From NCBI GenBank assembly GCA_977017575.1, contig CDRNVI010000193.1:1-64000 (forward strand): a DNA stretch of 64,000 bases, given 5' to 3'. Source of the DNA: Paramoeba atlantica (Eukaryota > Protista > Discosea). Made by a program: the position numbers and the translations under genes. Under the pieces are notes generated by a model, which was given only the letters and a program-made list of their open reading frames with translations, had not been told where the DNA came from and made no database searches. Below, piece by piece: positions 36,058-48,424 of the stretch (position 1 is its first letter; the number at the start of each line of letters is the position of its first letter).

Positions 36058-38330
36058 CCACCAATTGAGGAAATTAGAATGAATCACAAAATCACAAGAA
36101 CAAATATTAGTCAAACAGAATGGAAAAACATAAAGGATTGGTGCAAAAGCAATTAATAATCCAGAATATATTACTTTAAAGCAAAAGAGAGAGACACAAG
36201 AGCACAAGATAATCAGAGAACTTAAGGCATGGACATAAAGAACAAGATAAAAAAATTCAATTCAGAAATTCAAAAATAATACAACTCAGGAAAGGAGAAA
36301 TCAATTCAACAAAAACAGCAGGAAAAAGGAAGAAAGGGATTTGTGTTCACTATTGGAGACACAGGTGGTGCATTGAATCCTCAGAAATGCTATGTTCACT
36401 CATCATTAAGTGAGGATTGGAAGGGAGAAAGGATAAGTGTTCAACAAGAATCACTATTGCATAGTTCCTCTGGGTATGCTACATTTACTTATCATTGAGA
36501 GAGGAAGGTGTTGAAGATGTTGAAAAGAAAAATCTTTCAAAGAGAAGCAAAACAAGTCATTATAAGATGAATTGGTGAGATTGAGAGTAGAAAATCAAAA
36601 TGATTTCAATAGAGACAAAGAAATCAAAAGTCCAGTAGAAATTATCAAGGTGTTACAAGCTTCAGAGATGATTGGGAATAGGTAAGAAGGACATTGGACA
36701 GAGAGCAACAGGAATGGAGCACAACAGCAACAAAAAAGACAAAAAAGATCATTTAGAATAGTGTTGAAAACATAGTTCAGAGACAAAACATTCCAAGTAC
36801 ACATTTTCAAAATTCAGAAAATGAATTTTCAAAGATAATTGCACATCATATATGTAAAAACAAATATATTGTTATACAAAAGATAAATGTTGATCAAATC
36901 AACAAATGTTACAATTGCATTGAGATTTGAGAAGAAAGGTGAGAAGAACACAAGCCAAAAGAAGAACATTAAGGAAAAATATCATGAGGCCAGTGAAAAT
37001 CCATTGTAAGGGTGAGAAAAACAAAAACTCAGAGAATTAGAGAAAATAAAACTCAGAACTCCCTTGAAAGAACAAAAATGAAGCAATGGAGTCACAAAAG
37101 AACAAAGAGAGGATATAAGAACTCCCTTCAAAGGTAATAGATGTTTCAAAAGCAAAGTGATGTTGGAAGGCATTGTTTAAGAGATTGCAAAGACAAAAGC
37201 AGTCTTCAAATTGCAGGCAGAACAGAAAGAAATGGGATAGCAATCTCCAAAAATAATGATAACATTGAAACAAAGGAAGAAGGAACAATATTCACAATCA
37301 ACCATAAAACAAGAGAGAATTGGAGAGCAAGAATTAGATCAAAAGATTAAATTGCACAACAATAATTTGATGAGAATAAACTATGGGGAATAACAAAGGA
37401 AATCAAATAATATCAAAATATTTTTAGGTAAAGTCAAGAAATTAGTCACAAGTCACACAAACACTCTCTTCCAATTTGATATTTTGATCTCATCACAATA
37501 AAAACATTTCAAAACAAGAGAGAGTATTAACCATCAAATTGCAAAACCAAATTGATAGAAGAAATCTAAAATCAATTTATCAAAGACCAAGAAAAGACTT
37601 AATTCCAATAAATCAACCAATAATTAAAATAGAATGTAAATGGTGCAAGATGTTCAATGGAACTTATTGAAAATAAAGCCATTACAAATCAAATTCAAGA
37701 ATCAGCATCATTACCAGAGAATAAACAAAAACATAAGACTATAATAGAGGAAAATGTAAATTGAGATTTCTCAAAGAGAAAAAAAACTTAGAACAGAGAG
37801 TATTGAGGATGAGAAAGAAGCATTAGTAATCAAATCAACTTCAAAACAAACAAATCAAATTAAAAAAGTCATAACTTGAGGGAAAGTGCAGTAACCAAAA
37901 TTAAAACAGCTTCAGGGGTGGTACATCTGAAATGACACAAAAACAATTTTTTAATGAAACACCCTTCCAACACCAAAATGGGTTTCAAAATTCAAGTAGA
38001 AATATCTGAGAGAGGAATCCAAGTGAAAATAAAGTCCAGAATTGAAATCACAAAAGGTAAGAGGAAAGTATAAATCTGACAATTTCAAAACAAGAAAGGA
38101 AATCAAAAGAATTTCCATCATTAACCAAAAACAAAAGAACAAAAAAAATCATCCTGAGGCATCAATCCAAGAATAACAAATTCAAAATAACATTGTTACA
38201 AGAAAAACAAGGAAATGGAATTAATTATTTCTTCAATAAAATCAACACAGGGATGAATTCAATTAGAAATAAAAGTTCAAATTCACAGGCAAGGAATTTG
38301 AGATAACAAAATGAAAAATTCAAAGAGGTT

Positions 38331-38751
38331 TTTTTTTCTTTTTGAGGCAGACTTTATTCAATTAGTAGTTCTTAATCTAAGCCATTTGAATTACATTAAA
38401 TTATGTTTGTTTTTAACCTCTAACGAGAGGTGAAGTTTTAAACTTCAGCTTAGTTCAGTCGGTCTTTATGCTGAACTTTAGAACTTCTGCAAGTTCAGGC
38501 TGGAGGATGCACATCAGAAGGGAGAATAATCCAAAGCTCCTTCCAAGGGAATTTATCCTCAACTTTTTAGCAGACAGGGCTGAGATGTAACCTGTTCTGA
38601 TTTTCACACTTCTTCAAGAGCTCCTCACTCCAATCAAATCACTCTACAGCACCAGAAAAATTTTCCATAATATCGAAAAACTGGGATTTGAACTCGCCCC
38701 CCCGGGGTTGGACATAGTCGAATTTACGACTAAACTACGGGCACCAACCAT
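38331..38751 (-). mobile_element. SINE family C, full length (least mutated copy)
   Basis: TSD AAAATTCAAAGAGGTT at 38315-38330 and 38752-38767. A and B boxes and CpGs are retained. Confidence 0.95.
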
Positions 38752-39709
38752 AAAATTCAAAGAGGTTAACAATAGAGTACATCTAGATTCAAGAAGTACA
38801 AATTCAATCCAGAATTACTTTGAAGATATCAAGAATTTTTAAAAACATCATCAAGACAGAGGGAAAAATCCAATCAAGCTTCAAGGAAATAAAACAAAAT
38901 GAGAAATCATCAAACATAAGAATAAATCCAGTCAGGCAAATTTACAATCACAAATTTACAATTAGAAGTAGCAGTTGAAGAACAAAAAATCTGAAAATAC
39001 AAATTCACAAGTCCAAAATGAGATAGAAATGAGTATTAAAACTACACAACCATCATTCAATCAATACAAATGATTACAAACATTCATTGAATCAAGAGAA
39101 AAAGCTTAATTAGGGCTCAACTCAAAATCAACAATAAAATAATCATCAAAATGCAGTTTGTAAGTATGAAGCAAACATCAACAAAAACCAATTGAAATAA
39201 CAGAAGGAATCATGAAAATTTTCAAATAGAACCAACAATCACAATATCCAACACAAAGAAGAGATTGAGGAACATGAAGAGGCATTGAGAAATGTTGATA
39301 AACAAAACTCAAGTCAAGATTATATGAGAAAACAGTGCTGTGTAAGCTGAAGTTGTCCAGAATGTTAATTCCAAATGATATGCTGTTCTGAAAGCATAAT
39401 CAAAGACAAATAACCAAAACAAACAATGAACAAAAGAACTGAATTGATTTACCAACAAAAATGAAGCATAGAAATCATCAAGAAATCATTTTGAGCAAAT
39501 CAAAGGCAGAGAGAATCCATAAAACAGGAATAGAACCAAAAGAACAGTTGGGCAAAACAAAGAACAAAGTCAAAACAGAGTGTTATGACAGGCAAAGAAA
39601 GATATCAACAAATACAAGAATAATCTCCAAGAGATGAGAAAAATAACATAAATTTTCCATGACATAAGGAGAAAAACAAAAAACAGGTATGATCAGAACT
39701 GTGCTTATC

Positions 39710-40137
39710 TTTTTTTTTTCCTTTTTGAGGCAGACTTTATTCAATTAGTAGTTTTTAATCTAAGTCATTTGAATTACATTAAATTATATTTGTTTTTAAC
39801 CTTTAACAAGAGGTGAAGTTTTAAGCTTCAGCTTCATTCAGTTGATCTTTTATACTGAACTTTAGAACTTCTGCAAGTTTAGGCTGGAGAATGCACATTA
39901 GAAGGGAGAATAATCCAAAACTCCTTTCAAGGGAATTTATCCTCAACTTTTTAGCAGACAGGGCTGAGATGTAACCTGTTCTGATTTTCACATTTCTTCA
40001 AGAGCTCTTCACTCCAATCAAATCACTCTACAGCACCAGAAAAATTTTCTATAATATCAAAAAACTGAGATTTGAACTCACCTCCCTGGAGTTGAATATA
40101 GTTGAATTTACAACTAAACTACAGGCACCAACCCCAA
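39710..40137 (-). mobile_element. SINE family C, full length, heavily C>T mutated
   Basis: TSD AACTGTGCTTATC at 39697-39709 and 40138-40150. Confidence 0.93.
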
Positions 40138-40845
40138 AACTGTGCTTATCAAAAAACCATGTGCTAGATCAAAGATGGTTGCCAGAAATATAATTCAAAA
40201 CAGTGCACACCAGTTAAAATCATAAGCTGAAAGCTAAAAAGTTGGTGCCTTGTTAGAGCTGATAGAAAGGGGGAAAATAAGTGATAATGGGATCACTAAG
40301 GATAGAAGAGGAGGTGCATCTACATAAATCAAAAGAAGAAGGATAAAAGAGAATGATCAGCTCCATATTACAAAAACAAACAAAAAAGATATCAATCATC
40401 CATGCCAAGAGTGCCAAAAAAATTGATAATCAGGATCATCTACAAGAAAGATCTAAAAACCAAAACAGGAAGCTTAATCACAGCTATAAAACCAAAAATG
40501 ACAAACAAAAATTGTTGTTCAAAACATAAAATCCAAACAGGAAAAACATTCCACAAAAGAAGGATCAAAAAAAGGAAGGAGGAAGAATGAGAGAAGAGGA
40601 AGGGAAAGAAGAGAGAGAGAGAGAAAAGAGAAGAAGGAAAAGAGAGGGAAGAGAGAGAGTGTCAATCGGGGAGAACAGGGAGAAAGAGATCAGTTGTTTG
40701 GCAAAAGAGGGAGTGAGAATGGCTCCAAATGGAAAACACAAGAGCCAACAGGATCATAACACACCCTCCCCAATTTGGAGCCATTTGAACAATAAGCAGC
40801 ACTGTTCAAATGAGAACAAAATGTAAAAGCAAGGAACAAGACAGA

Positions 40846-43800
40846 TCAAGGAGCAGAAGTGGGAATTGGGGCCACAAAGCTTTCTCTAAAGGGGATAAAT
40901 TTCGCTGGAGGCAAAGGTTTTGTGAATATATCAGCAATATTCTCAGCAGATGGGGTTTGGTCAATTTTAAGGACTTTATCATCAATGGCATCATGAATGA
41001 AATGGTCACAAACATCAAAATGTTTGTTGCCTTGGGTTACTCTAGGAATTTCAGCAATGGCAGTTGCAGGTTTGGAATTGACTCGCATAGGGATAACATC
41101 ATTGGATGGTAATTCAAGGTCTTTCAATAGGTTTCTTGCAAATTTGATTTCCCGGGCACATTCACTCATAGCATGGTATTCGGCTTCGCAACTTGATAAG
41201 CAAACTTGTGGGGATTTCTTAGAGCGCCAAGAGAGGGGTCTTCCATTGGCTCTAAGAGTATATCCATAGGAGGATTTTCGATCATCAAGGCAATCAGCAT
41301 TGCTCGAGTCAGCATAGGCATCTACAAATAATTCTTCTTTGTTGAAATGAGATTTAGGGAAATACAGACCAAGATTTGAATTTTTCTTCAAATATCCAAG
41401 AACTTTCAAAGCAGCTTCATCATGATGCTGGGCATGGTTGTGAAGGTAGTGAGAGCATTGTGAGACAGCAAAGGATATTTCAGGTCTAGTTTTCGTCAGC
41501 CAATTTAAAGATCCAACAAGGCTTGAGTAAGGAAAATCAGTAATTGGTTCATCTTCAGTCGGGGCAGATAGGAGCTTGGTATTTGCAGGCACATTGGAGA
41601 GCTTGACATCATATTTCTCAAAGGATTTCAGCACAGTTTCGAGGTAGGCACATTGATCAACAGTTATTTCATAAGCATTTTGTTTCACAGCACATCCAAG
41701 GAACCAAGAGCATTTACCATCATTTTTCCACTTGAAATGATCATACAATTTTGTGTGGATTTCTTCTCTTAATGCATCAGAGGTGCATACATCAAGGGTA
41801 TCATCAACAACAGTCAGAAATAGGCAGAAATTACCATTATCATCATGTCAGATGTAGAGATTGGGGTCTGGTTTACTGCATTTGAATCCTAATTCTTCCA
41901 CAAGGAATTTTCAAAAGGTCAAATTCCATCTTTGTCCAGCAATTGGCACTCCATACAAGGCTTTGTTCAACATGCAAACCCAGTCAGGATGAGCAGGGTC
42001 TTTAAATCCTTCTGGTTGCTCCACATAATAAACAATATTTCCTTTTGGCATTTCTGATTGAAGATAGGCACCAGGGACATCACCAGAGTCAACTTCAAGG
42101 CCATACATTGCAGCAACTGCATAGGTTAGATTAAGAGAGGTGGATGTTGTGGATCCAGAGTAATTGTCTTCAAAGCCAAGTTCAGGGTCAGAATTCAATT
42201 TCTTTGTCACACCACTTCCATCAGCACAGTAATAAGCCTTGTAACTTTTGATTTTTCCATCCTCAGTTTTAATTTGAAAGCACCAAATACCTCTCATAAT
42301 TATGTGTTTCTTTCCATCTTGGTTTGGTTTTGGGTGGGGAACGAGCGTCCAAGTCTTATTTTCATGGTGAGCAGCTATTTCACAGCAACAGGCTTCAATC
42401 CATTCATTTCTTTGTTCACTTCTTTGTGCTTGGTAGAACGAGCGAGGTGTTTTCTTGTTCAAGATAACAGTGTCAGCAAACATTGCATGGTGAAGATGAG
42501 AGAGGAAATTGTGTCCATGTAGATGGTCAGGAGCGAGATTTGGATCCATCAAAGGGTGATGTGCAGGTGGAGCAGCAATTCTACCAGATCAACAGGGTTG
42601 TGGTTCTTCTTTTACAGATTCATGTTCATTCTCAGAATTAGAATTCGAGTTATCTTTTGAATCAGATTCAATATCAGGTTCAGATTCAGGTTCAGGGTCA
42701 TTAAAAAGGGTTCTACAAGCAGTGCTAGAGTGAGCACTTGATTGGGACAGAGGATCAAGGCGTTTGTTCACTCATAGAGGCGCTTTTTGAATCTTCAAAG
42801 GGGTGCTCAGAGAGTTTGGGTTGGTTCTATATGGAGAAAGATTGATAACTACATCATCAGCTTCTTCAACATCAGAGGATTCAATTAATTCTTCTTTTTC
42901 CTTTTCAATTGGTTCAAGGTTGATATTCATTAACTTTAGAATTTCTTCATCCTTAGGGATAGATTCTTCATTTTCAATATCATCAGATAAATGCACATTG
43001 GAATGTCTTCTTGGAGATTCGGATATTGGCAAGATATCCTGCGAGCCAGCTTCAATTTGCTCTCCATTTGGACTATTAGTTTCCACAAATTCATCATCAG
43101 ATACAACGAGTTCTTCCCAAGAGTTTGGGACAAATTCAGGGGGTTCAATAAAATTTTCTTCATCATAAAAATCGAAATTATTCACTTTGCAACTTGTGAC
43201 ATCATCACTATCATCTAAACTTGTTTTGTTTTCACCTTCCACATAATATCTTGGCAATCTTCCAAGGGCACTTCTCTTCTTCAATTCAGGGATCCCAAAA
43301 GCATATTCATCAAATAAAACGCTCAAGCTTTGGAAAGTTTTCTGTTGGATTGGGTTAAATAGCAAAAATCCATGCATATTGTCGGTAGGTCCCAAATTAA
43401 TTCCAGCTCTTGAAACAGGGTCAGTTTTGGAGCGCATTTCTCAAGAAATATGAGTGAAAGCATGGCAGCCAAAGGTTCTAATTAAATCCATTGAGGGTTT
43501 TCTCTCATACAATTTTTCAAGAGGAGTAATCTTCTCACCTTCTTTCACAGTCATAGAGATTAATTTTGCAGCCATTCTTTCAACAAATTCCCAAAAATTA
43601 GCAGGTAATCCAGCAGCCAGACGAATTGCTTGGGCAGTACTCCATTAAGTATAATTTCCTCTTTCAGCAACACCATTTTCTTGAGGGCAGCAAGGGCTGG
43701 AACAGTGGATTTCAATTCCTTTCTTGTGACAGTATATACCAAGAGAGGTTTCTTGCCCAATAAATTCAAAGGCTCCATCACATTATAAAATCTTCACTTT

Positions 43801-44200
43801 CACACCAGCTTGTCTCTCCAATTTTTGAATTACATCAATTATCTTATTGCCAGCATCAGATTTTCTTTTAATAAATTGAGATAAATCGCAGCCAGAGTAG
43901 TCTTCAATAATCGAGATCGAGTATTTGTTGTTATGGTAAGAGAGAGTAGACTTCTCATGCAAATCAATGTGTAACATCTCACCACAGCATCAAAAAGTGT
44001 GGCAACCACTATGATGAGGTCTCATCTTATTCTTCGCAAAAATACAGGCATCACAAACTTGGTCAGGATCAGCAATCAGGTCTTTGTAGTTGGGAGGCAG
44101 CCCATGAATGGCTTTCACACCAATTGTTCTAGCAAACCGGAAAGATGGCCATGTCTTTGATGCCATAACTTCAATTCTTTTTCACATTCAGGATTTAAGG
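40846..44200 (-). pseudogene. pol: Copia-2 integrase, RT and RNase H, fragmented
   Basis: ORFs 43783..43977, 42772..43437, 41911..42552 and 40846..41748. Confidence 0.9.
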
Positions 44201-44201
44201 T

Positions 44202-45593
44202 TCAACAAATTCTCTTCTTTGGTCCAGTTTCATCAGAAGCAATGTATTCATTTGCATCAGCTTCTTCAATTACTTTTTGAGTACAATAAACATGGTTCAT
44301 ATTAGGGAGTGGCAAGTGATAAAGTCCATTTCTTTGGCTTCCAGATAAAATCTTTTCAGCTTCAGAAAGTGGAATTTTCTTTCTTGTCACTTTGACACCA
44401 TCCTTGTCGAAAATAATCAAGGTGTTCCAAGTCTCACACATTTGAGATACAGAAAGCAAGTTCAGGGTACAATCTGGCACAACAGAAATATTCTCAAGAA
44501 GTTTCATATCTTTTGCTAAATTTAAATCACCTTGAAGGACACCTTGGATCAAATCACCATTGGCTTGCGAGATTTCAAAAATTTCGTCAGGTTTACAGGC
44601 ATTCACAAGGTATTCTCTTGATTTCAGAATAGAAGTTGTGCATCCAGAATCAATAATTGCTTCATTATCTGAGAAGAGTTGAAGTCTTTTTTTTTCAGGG
44701 GCAGAGAAAGATTTTAAAACAGACAAAAAGCACACAGGAAACCCTTTATTGGTCATTTTAACTTTCCATTCTTCAAACTGTTGTTGGAATTCAAGGAACT
44801 CACGAAAAGCAATTTCACCAGCTGGTGCCTTAGAGAGAAAGCATTTTCGCGCCATATGGTGTCCAAGACCACAATTAAAACATTTATATGGTCTCTTTGG
44901 CGGTTCTTCCCAACCAGGTCGAGTTCGAAGAGCAGAGTATGGATCTTGACGATACTGAGGAGCATAGGATTGTTGATTTCGCTGATAAGATGCATTTTGA
45001 TTGTATTGTGGAGGAATATTAGGTGGGGCTGGGGATTGAGTAAGGGGTTGGATAGGCAATTGGGACAGGACAGGGGAAGGAGAGGGAACAGGAGTGAGAG
45101 AGGGAGAAGGAGAGAATGGAGGTGCTGGAGAAGGAAAAGATGCAGGAACTTGAATAGATGGAGAATAAGAGGACGAGGAAACAGGTGCTGGGCTGGCAAA
45201 TGCTTGATGAGCAACATTAGCTGAGTGGCTCTTGTTCATTATTTCTTTCATCACTTTTTCTTTCTCAACTAGGTCTTTTTTTGTCCATTCGAAATCCCAA
45301 TTCTTCCCTTCTGCAGTTTGTCGGATTGTTAGAATGGTTTGGGCCCACGTTTGACTTCCAATTCTGTGTAGAAGAGTGGTTACTTTTTCTTCATTTGAGA
45401 TTTCAACACCACTGTTTTCACACATCAATATTATTAATGATATGTGGGTGGTCATCTGCTTGAAGGATTCACCTTGCAATCTTTGAAAAGCATCAAATTC
45501 TTTCCTCAGCACCTTCTTCTTCTCATCCTCATCCACCAAATACGTTTCTCTTAAGAACTTGATTAAAGTATACGGTTTTCCAAGAAATCTCAT
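44202..45593 (-). pseudogene. gag: Copia-2 gag-protease
   Basis: The 463-aa ORF has a CCHC knuckle, the DSG protease motif and the LYHL pre-integrase motif. Confidence 0.9.
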
Positions 45594-46004
45594 ATTTTGT
45601 GTTGCCTGCTTCAGGTCTGGTTGTAAGCAGTTTCAGATGAGTTGCACGACTTGGAGATGATTGATTTTCTGATTCTCAACTCTTATCAATGATTTCTCAG
45701 GGACTACTCCTTCATTAGCTTGTGCAGTGGGTACTTCAGCAGCATCATCAATAGTCAAATGATGATCAAGTCTTAACGCATAAAGGTGACTGTTGAGTGA
45801 ATTGAACCAAGACTTAAAATCTGTTGCATTAAATTTCTCCTTAAATTGCCCAAACTGGATGTTCTGGGAAATGTTGGGTTTGTAATTGGGGAAGGTCTTT
45901 TGATATTGTGGATCCAGGGATACAAATAAAACAAAAACAAAAACAAAACAAGAAAGAAGTGTGATGGGAGAGTAGACCTCTTCCTCGCTAACAACTTCAC
46001 CCAG

Positions 46005-46027
46005 GGCAGAGCTCTAGACTCTTAATC
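46005..46027 (-). promoter_or_regulatory. Copia-2 primer-binding site, complementary to the D-arm and anticodon arm of a tRNA-Lys(CUU)
   Basis: The plus strand reads GGCAGAGCTCTAGACTCTTAATC(T), which parallels tRNA-Lys GGTAGAGC...AGACTCTTAATCT. Confidence 0.8.
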
Positions 46028-46030
46028 TGT

Positions 46031-46074
<44 letters not shown>

Positions 46075-46156
46075 AGGGGTTCAAGATACAATTGTCTGAA
46101 TTTCCTATCTTTTGTTGTAGTGTGTATTCTTGTGGCTGGTTGCCACAGAAAATATT

Positions 46157-48424
46157 ATGGAAACCTCTTCACCCAGTGTAAAGGAAGGAGAGGGATTTCC
46201 TGCCAGAAACGCCTGGTCAGGACAAGCAGATAGTGAATCATTTGCTCAAGTTGTTAAAAAAAGTGAAAGAAAGAAAAGACCTCTTGAAACCAAGGAAGGC
46301 TTTCCAGCCTCCAAAGGTCTCAGCAATGTGTTACACGAGATTGATCAGAACAATGTCAGACTATACCAAGGTTTAGTTATGTGCCTGAACCCAAAAACTG
46401 TTGTTGGAGCCAAGTCAAGACCAACAAAGTTAGTGGAATCACTGGATTTTAGACCAGGACTTCCCAACTTCAACAAGGTTATCAAAGCAATTGAAAATGT
46501 GACTTCTCTTAAAGGGAAGATTTTTGTGAACATCAAGCAGGGCCATTTTGTGATCTCAGTGCTTGAGAACATGGATGCTGCCAGTGTAGAAAAAGAGTTT
46601 TTGAACAAAGGCAACAAATTGGCAAAAAAACTCAAGAAATCCTTTGTCTGGAGGAACAACAAGGACACAAAATTGTGGGGGCTCAAAATCAGGGTTCCCT
46701 TTAAAGCCGAGGGCGTGGAGTGGATCCAGAATCTTTTTGCTGACCTAAATTCTCTTTTGAGACATAATTTGAAGGAAGTAGTTCAAATAGCCCAAAATTG
46801 TATTGTTTTGGTTTACAACCAAATCCCCATTAACCTTGTCTGTCTCATTGCCCACACCAAGGGGTGGTTGGGGATTAGTGATACTCAAGCTTGAGTTTCT
46901 GTTTGGACCCCAGCAAGGCCCTTTGATAAAGTGGTGAAATGCCCCACTTGCCAAATTAACCATCCTGCTTGTTTGGATTGTTTATTTGAAATTTTACAAA
47001 AAAAGGATCCAAGTGAAGTTGGCAATATGGCAAGAATGGAAATGTACTTGATCAACACCTGTGACCCCAAAGGAGTTAAGATAAGAAAACAAGCTGCCAG
47101 AGATGGTGTGCAATTTAACTTTGTCTCACCTGAAGGAGTCCCCTCATCCTGTGCCCCCCTTGGTAAAACTGGTGAGCCTATGGTGGTGGGCCCTGAGAGA
47201 ATAGATCAAACTTCTCCCAAGTCACAAGCTTCTAAGCCTGCTGAAGGTCTCTCCCCCATTGGTGTTAAAAAAGATGGCTCAAATTTACCTGTGTGTAATG
47301 CTGGTGGCCAAGGGTTGGTGTCTTGTTCACCTAATGTTATTCCTGCTGAACCTACCCCTCCAAAGGGCCCCCCTCCTGTGAAGAAGAGCCATGAAGTTGT
47401 ACCCAATAACTTCAAAGTACCTTCTTCCACAACTAAGGGATCAGCTGTCCAAAAGAGTTCCTCTGTGGGTCCAGTCAAGCATGATGCTGCAGCTCTGAGT
47501 AAGACAAGTTCATTTTCTCCCATCAAGACCAAAACCCCTTCGAAAATTAAAACAATAAATGGGAGCAGCAAACAAGGTAGTGGATTCTCAGTGCCCCCCA
47601 TATTGCCAGCCCAGCAACCACAAGCTCAACCAAAAAAGAAGAGTACCCGGACATCGGTGAACACATGTTCCAACCCAGTAGTCTCTTCCTTTAAGTCTGC
47701 TTCTTCACCAAAAGAGACTGTGGGCAAGTCAAGAAATTGTGCTGATTCTGTGATCCAGAAGAAGGAGAACAGAAGAAGCCAACCTGTTTCTGGCCCTGCT
47801 CCCATCTTCATCAACGAAGAAGATTTACCGGTCGAAAATGGATTGGTGGAGGAACCTGACAATAGAAGGGAGGCGAAATCAATGTTAAAGAAATTGAACC
47901 TGAACATCAAATGGGCAAGTGCAACTGAGGATTTCAGAAGAGTTTATGAGGGGTTGGAGAATGGCTCAATTTTCCCAGAGGATAGGAGATTAAGGTGTCA
48001 AGCTTTCTATTTGGTTGAGTACCTTATGAAGACAGGATGCACCAAGAGGAAGAAGGGCGGATCAGAAGAGGTGATTAATGTTAGAGTAGGGTGGGAGAAA
48101 GGAAAGAATGAGAGTGAAGAGGAAAAGGGAAAAATATCACAAAAGAAAAGAAAAATTGCACAAGAAAAGGGAAGCGGGGAAAGAAAGCTGGTGAATTTTC
48201 CAAATGAGGAAGGGGTTGTTCATCCACTTATGGAAAAACCTGAGGAAAGAGGTGGTGGTGTCCAAGACAGTGTCCCCTTTTCCTGTTCGTTTGAAGGGTC
48301 AGATATGAGAGTGGAAGGAGAAGAGGAGGAAGAGGGGGATGCTATGGAGATCGAAACGAACAAGGAGTTTGCCAGAACAACCCAAGCAAGGAGAGAGAGT
48401 GAGGGAGGGAAGTCAGTTGTTTAA
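46157..48424 (+). pseudogene. LINE-A ORF1, about 755 aa, single CGA>TGA stop at 46892-46894
   Basis: ORFs 46130..46894 and 46931..48424 are in frame. Copy 1 has Arg (QARVSV) at that codon. Confidence 0.92.

Noticed and set aside
46017-46031. LINE-A inserted into a tRNA-Lys-like sequence, suggesting tRNA targeting as in Tx1-clade or Dictyostelium TRE elements
   Set aside because: The other two LINE-A 5' flanks are unrelated, and the other non-LTR TSDs in the window (10-17 bp) share no consensus. One event cannot support targeting.
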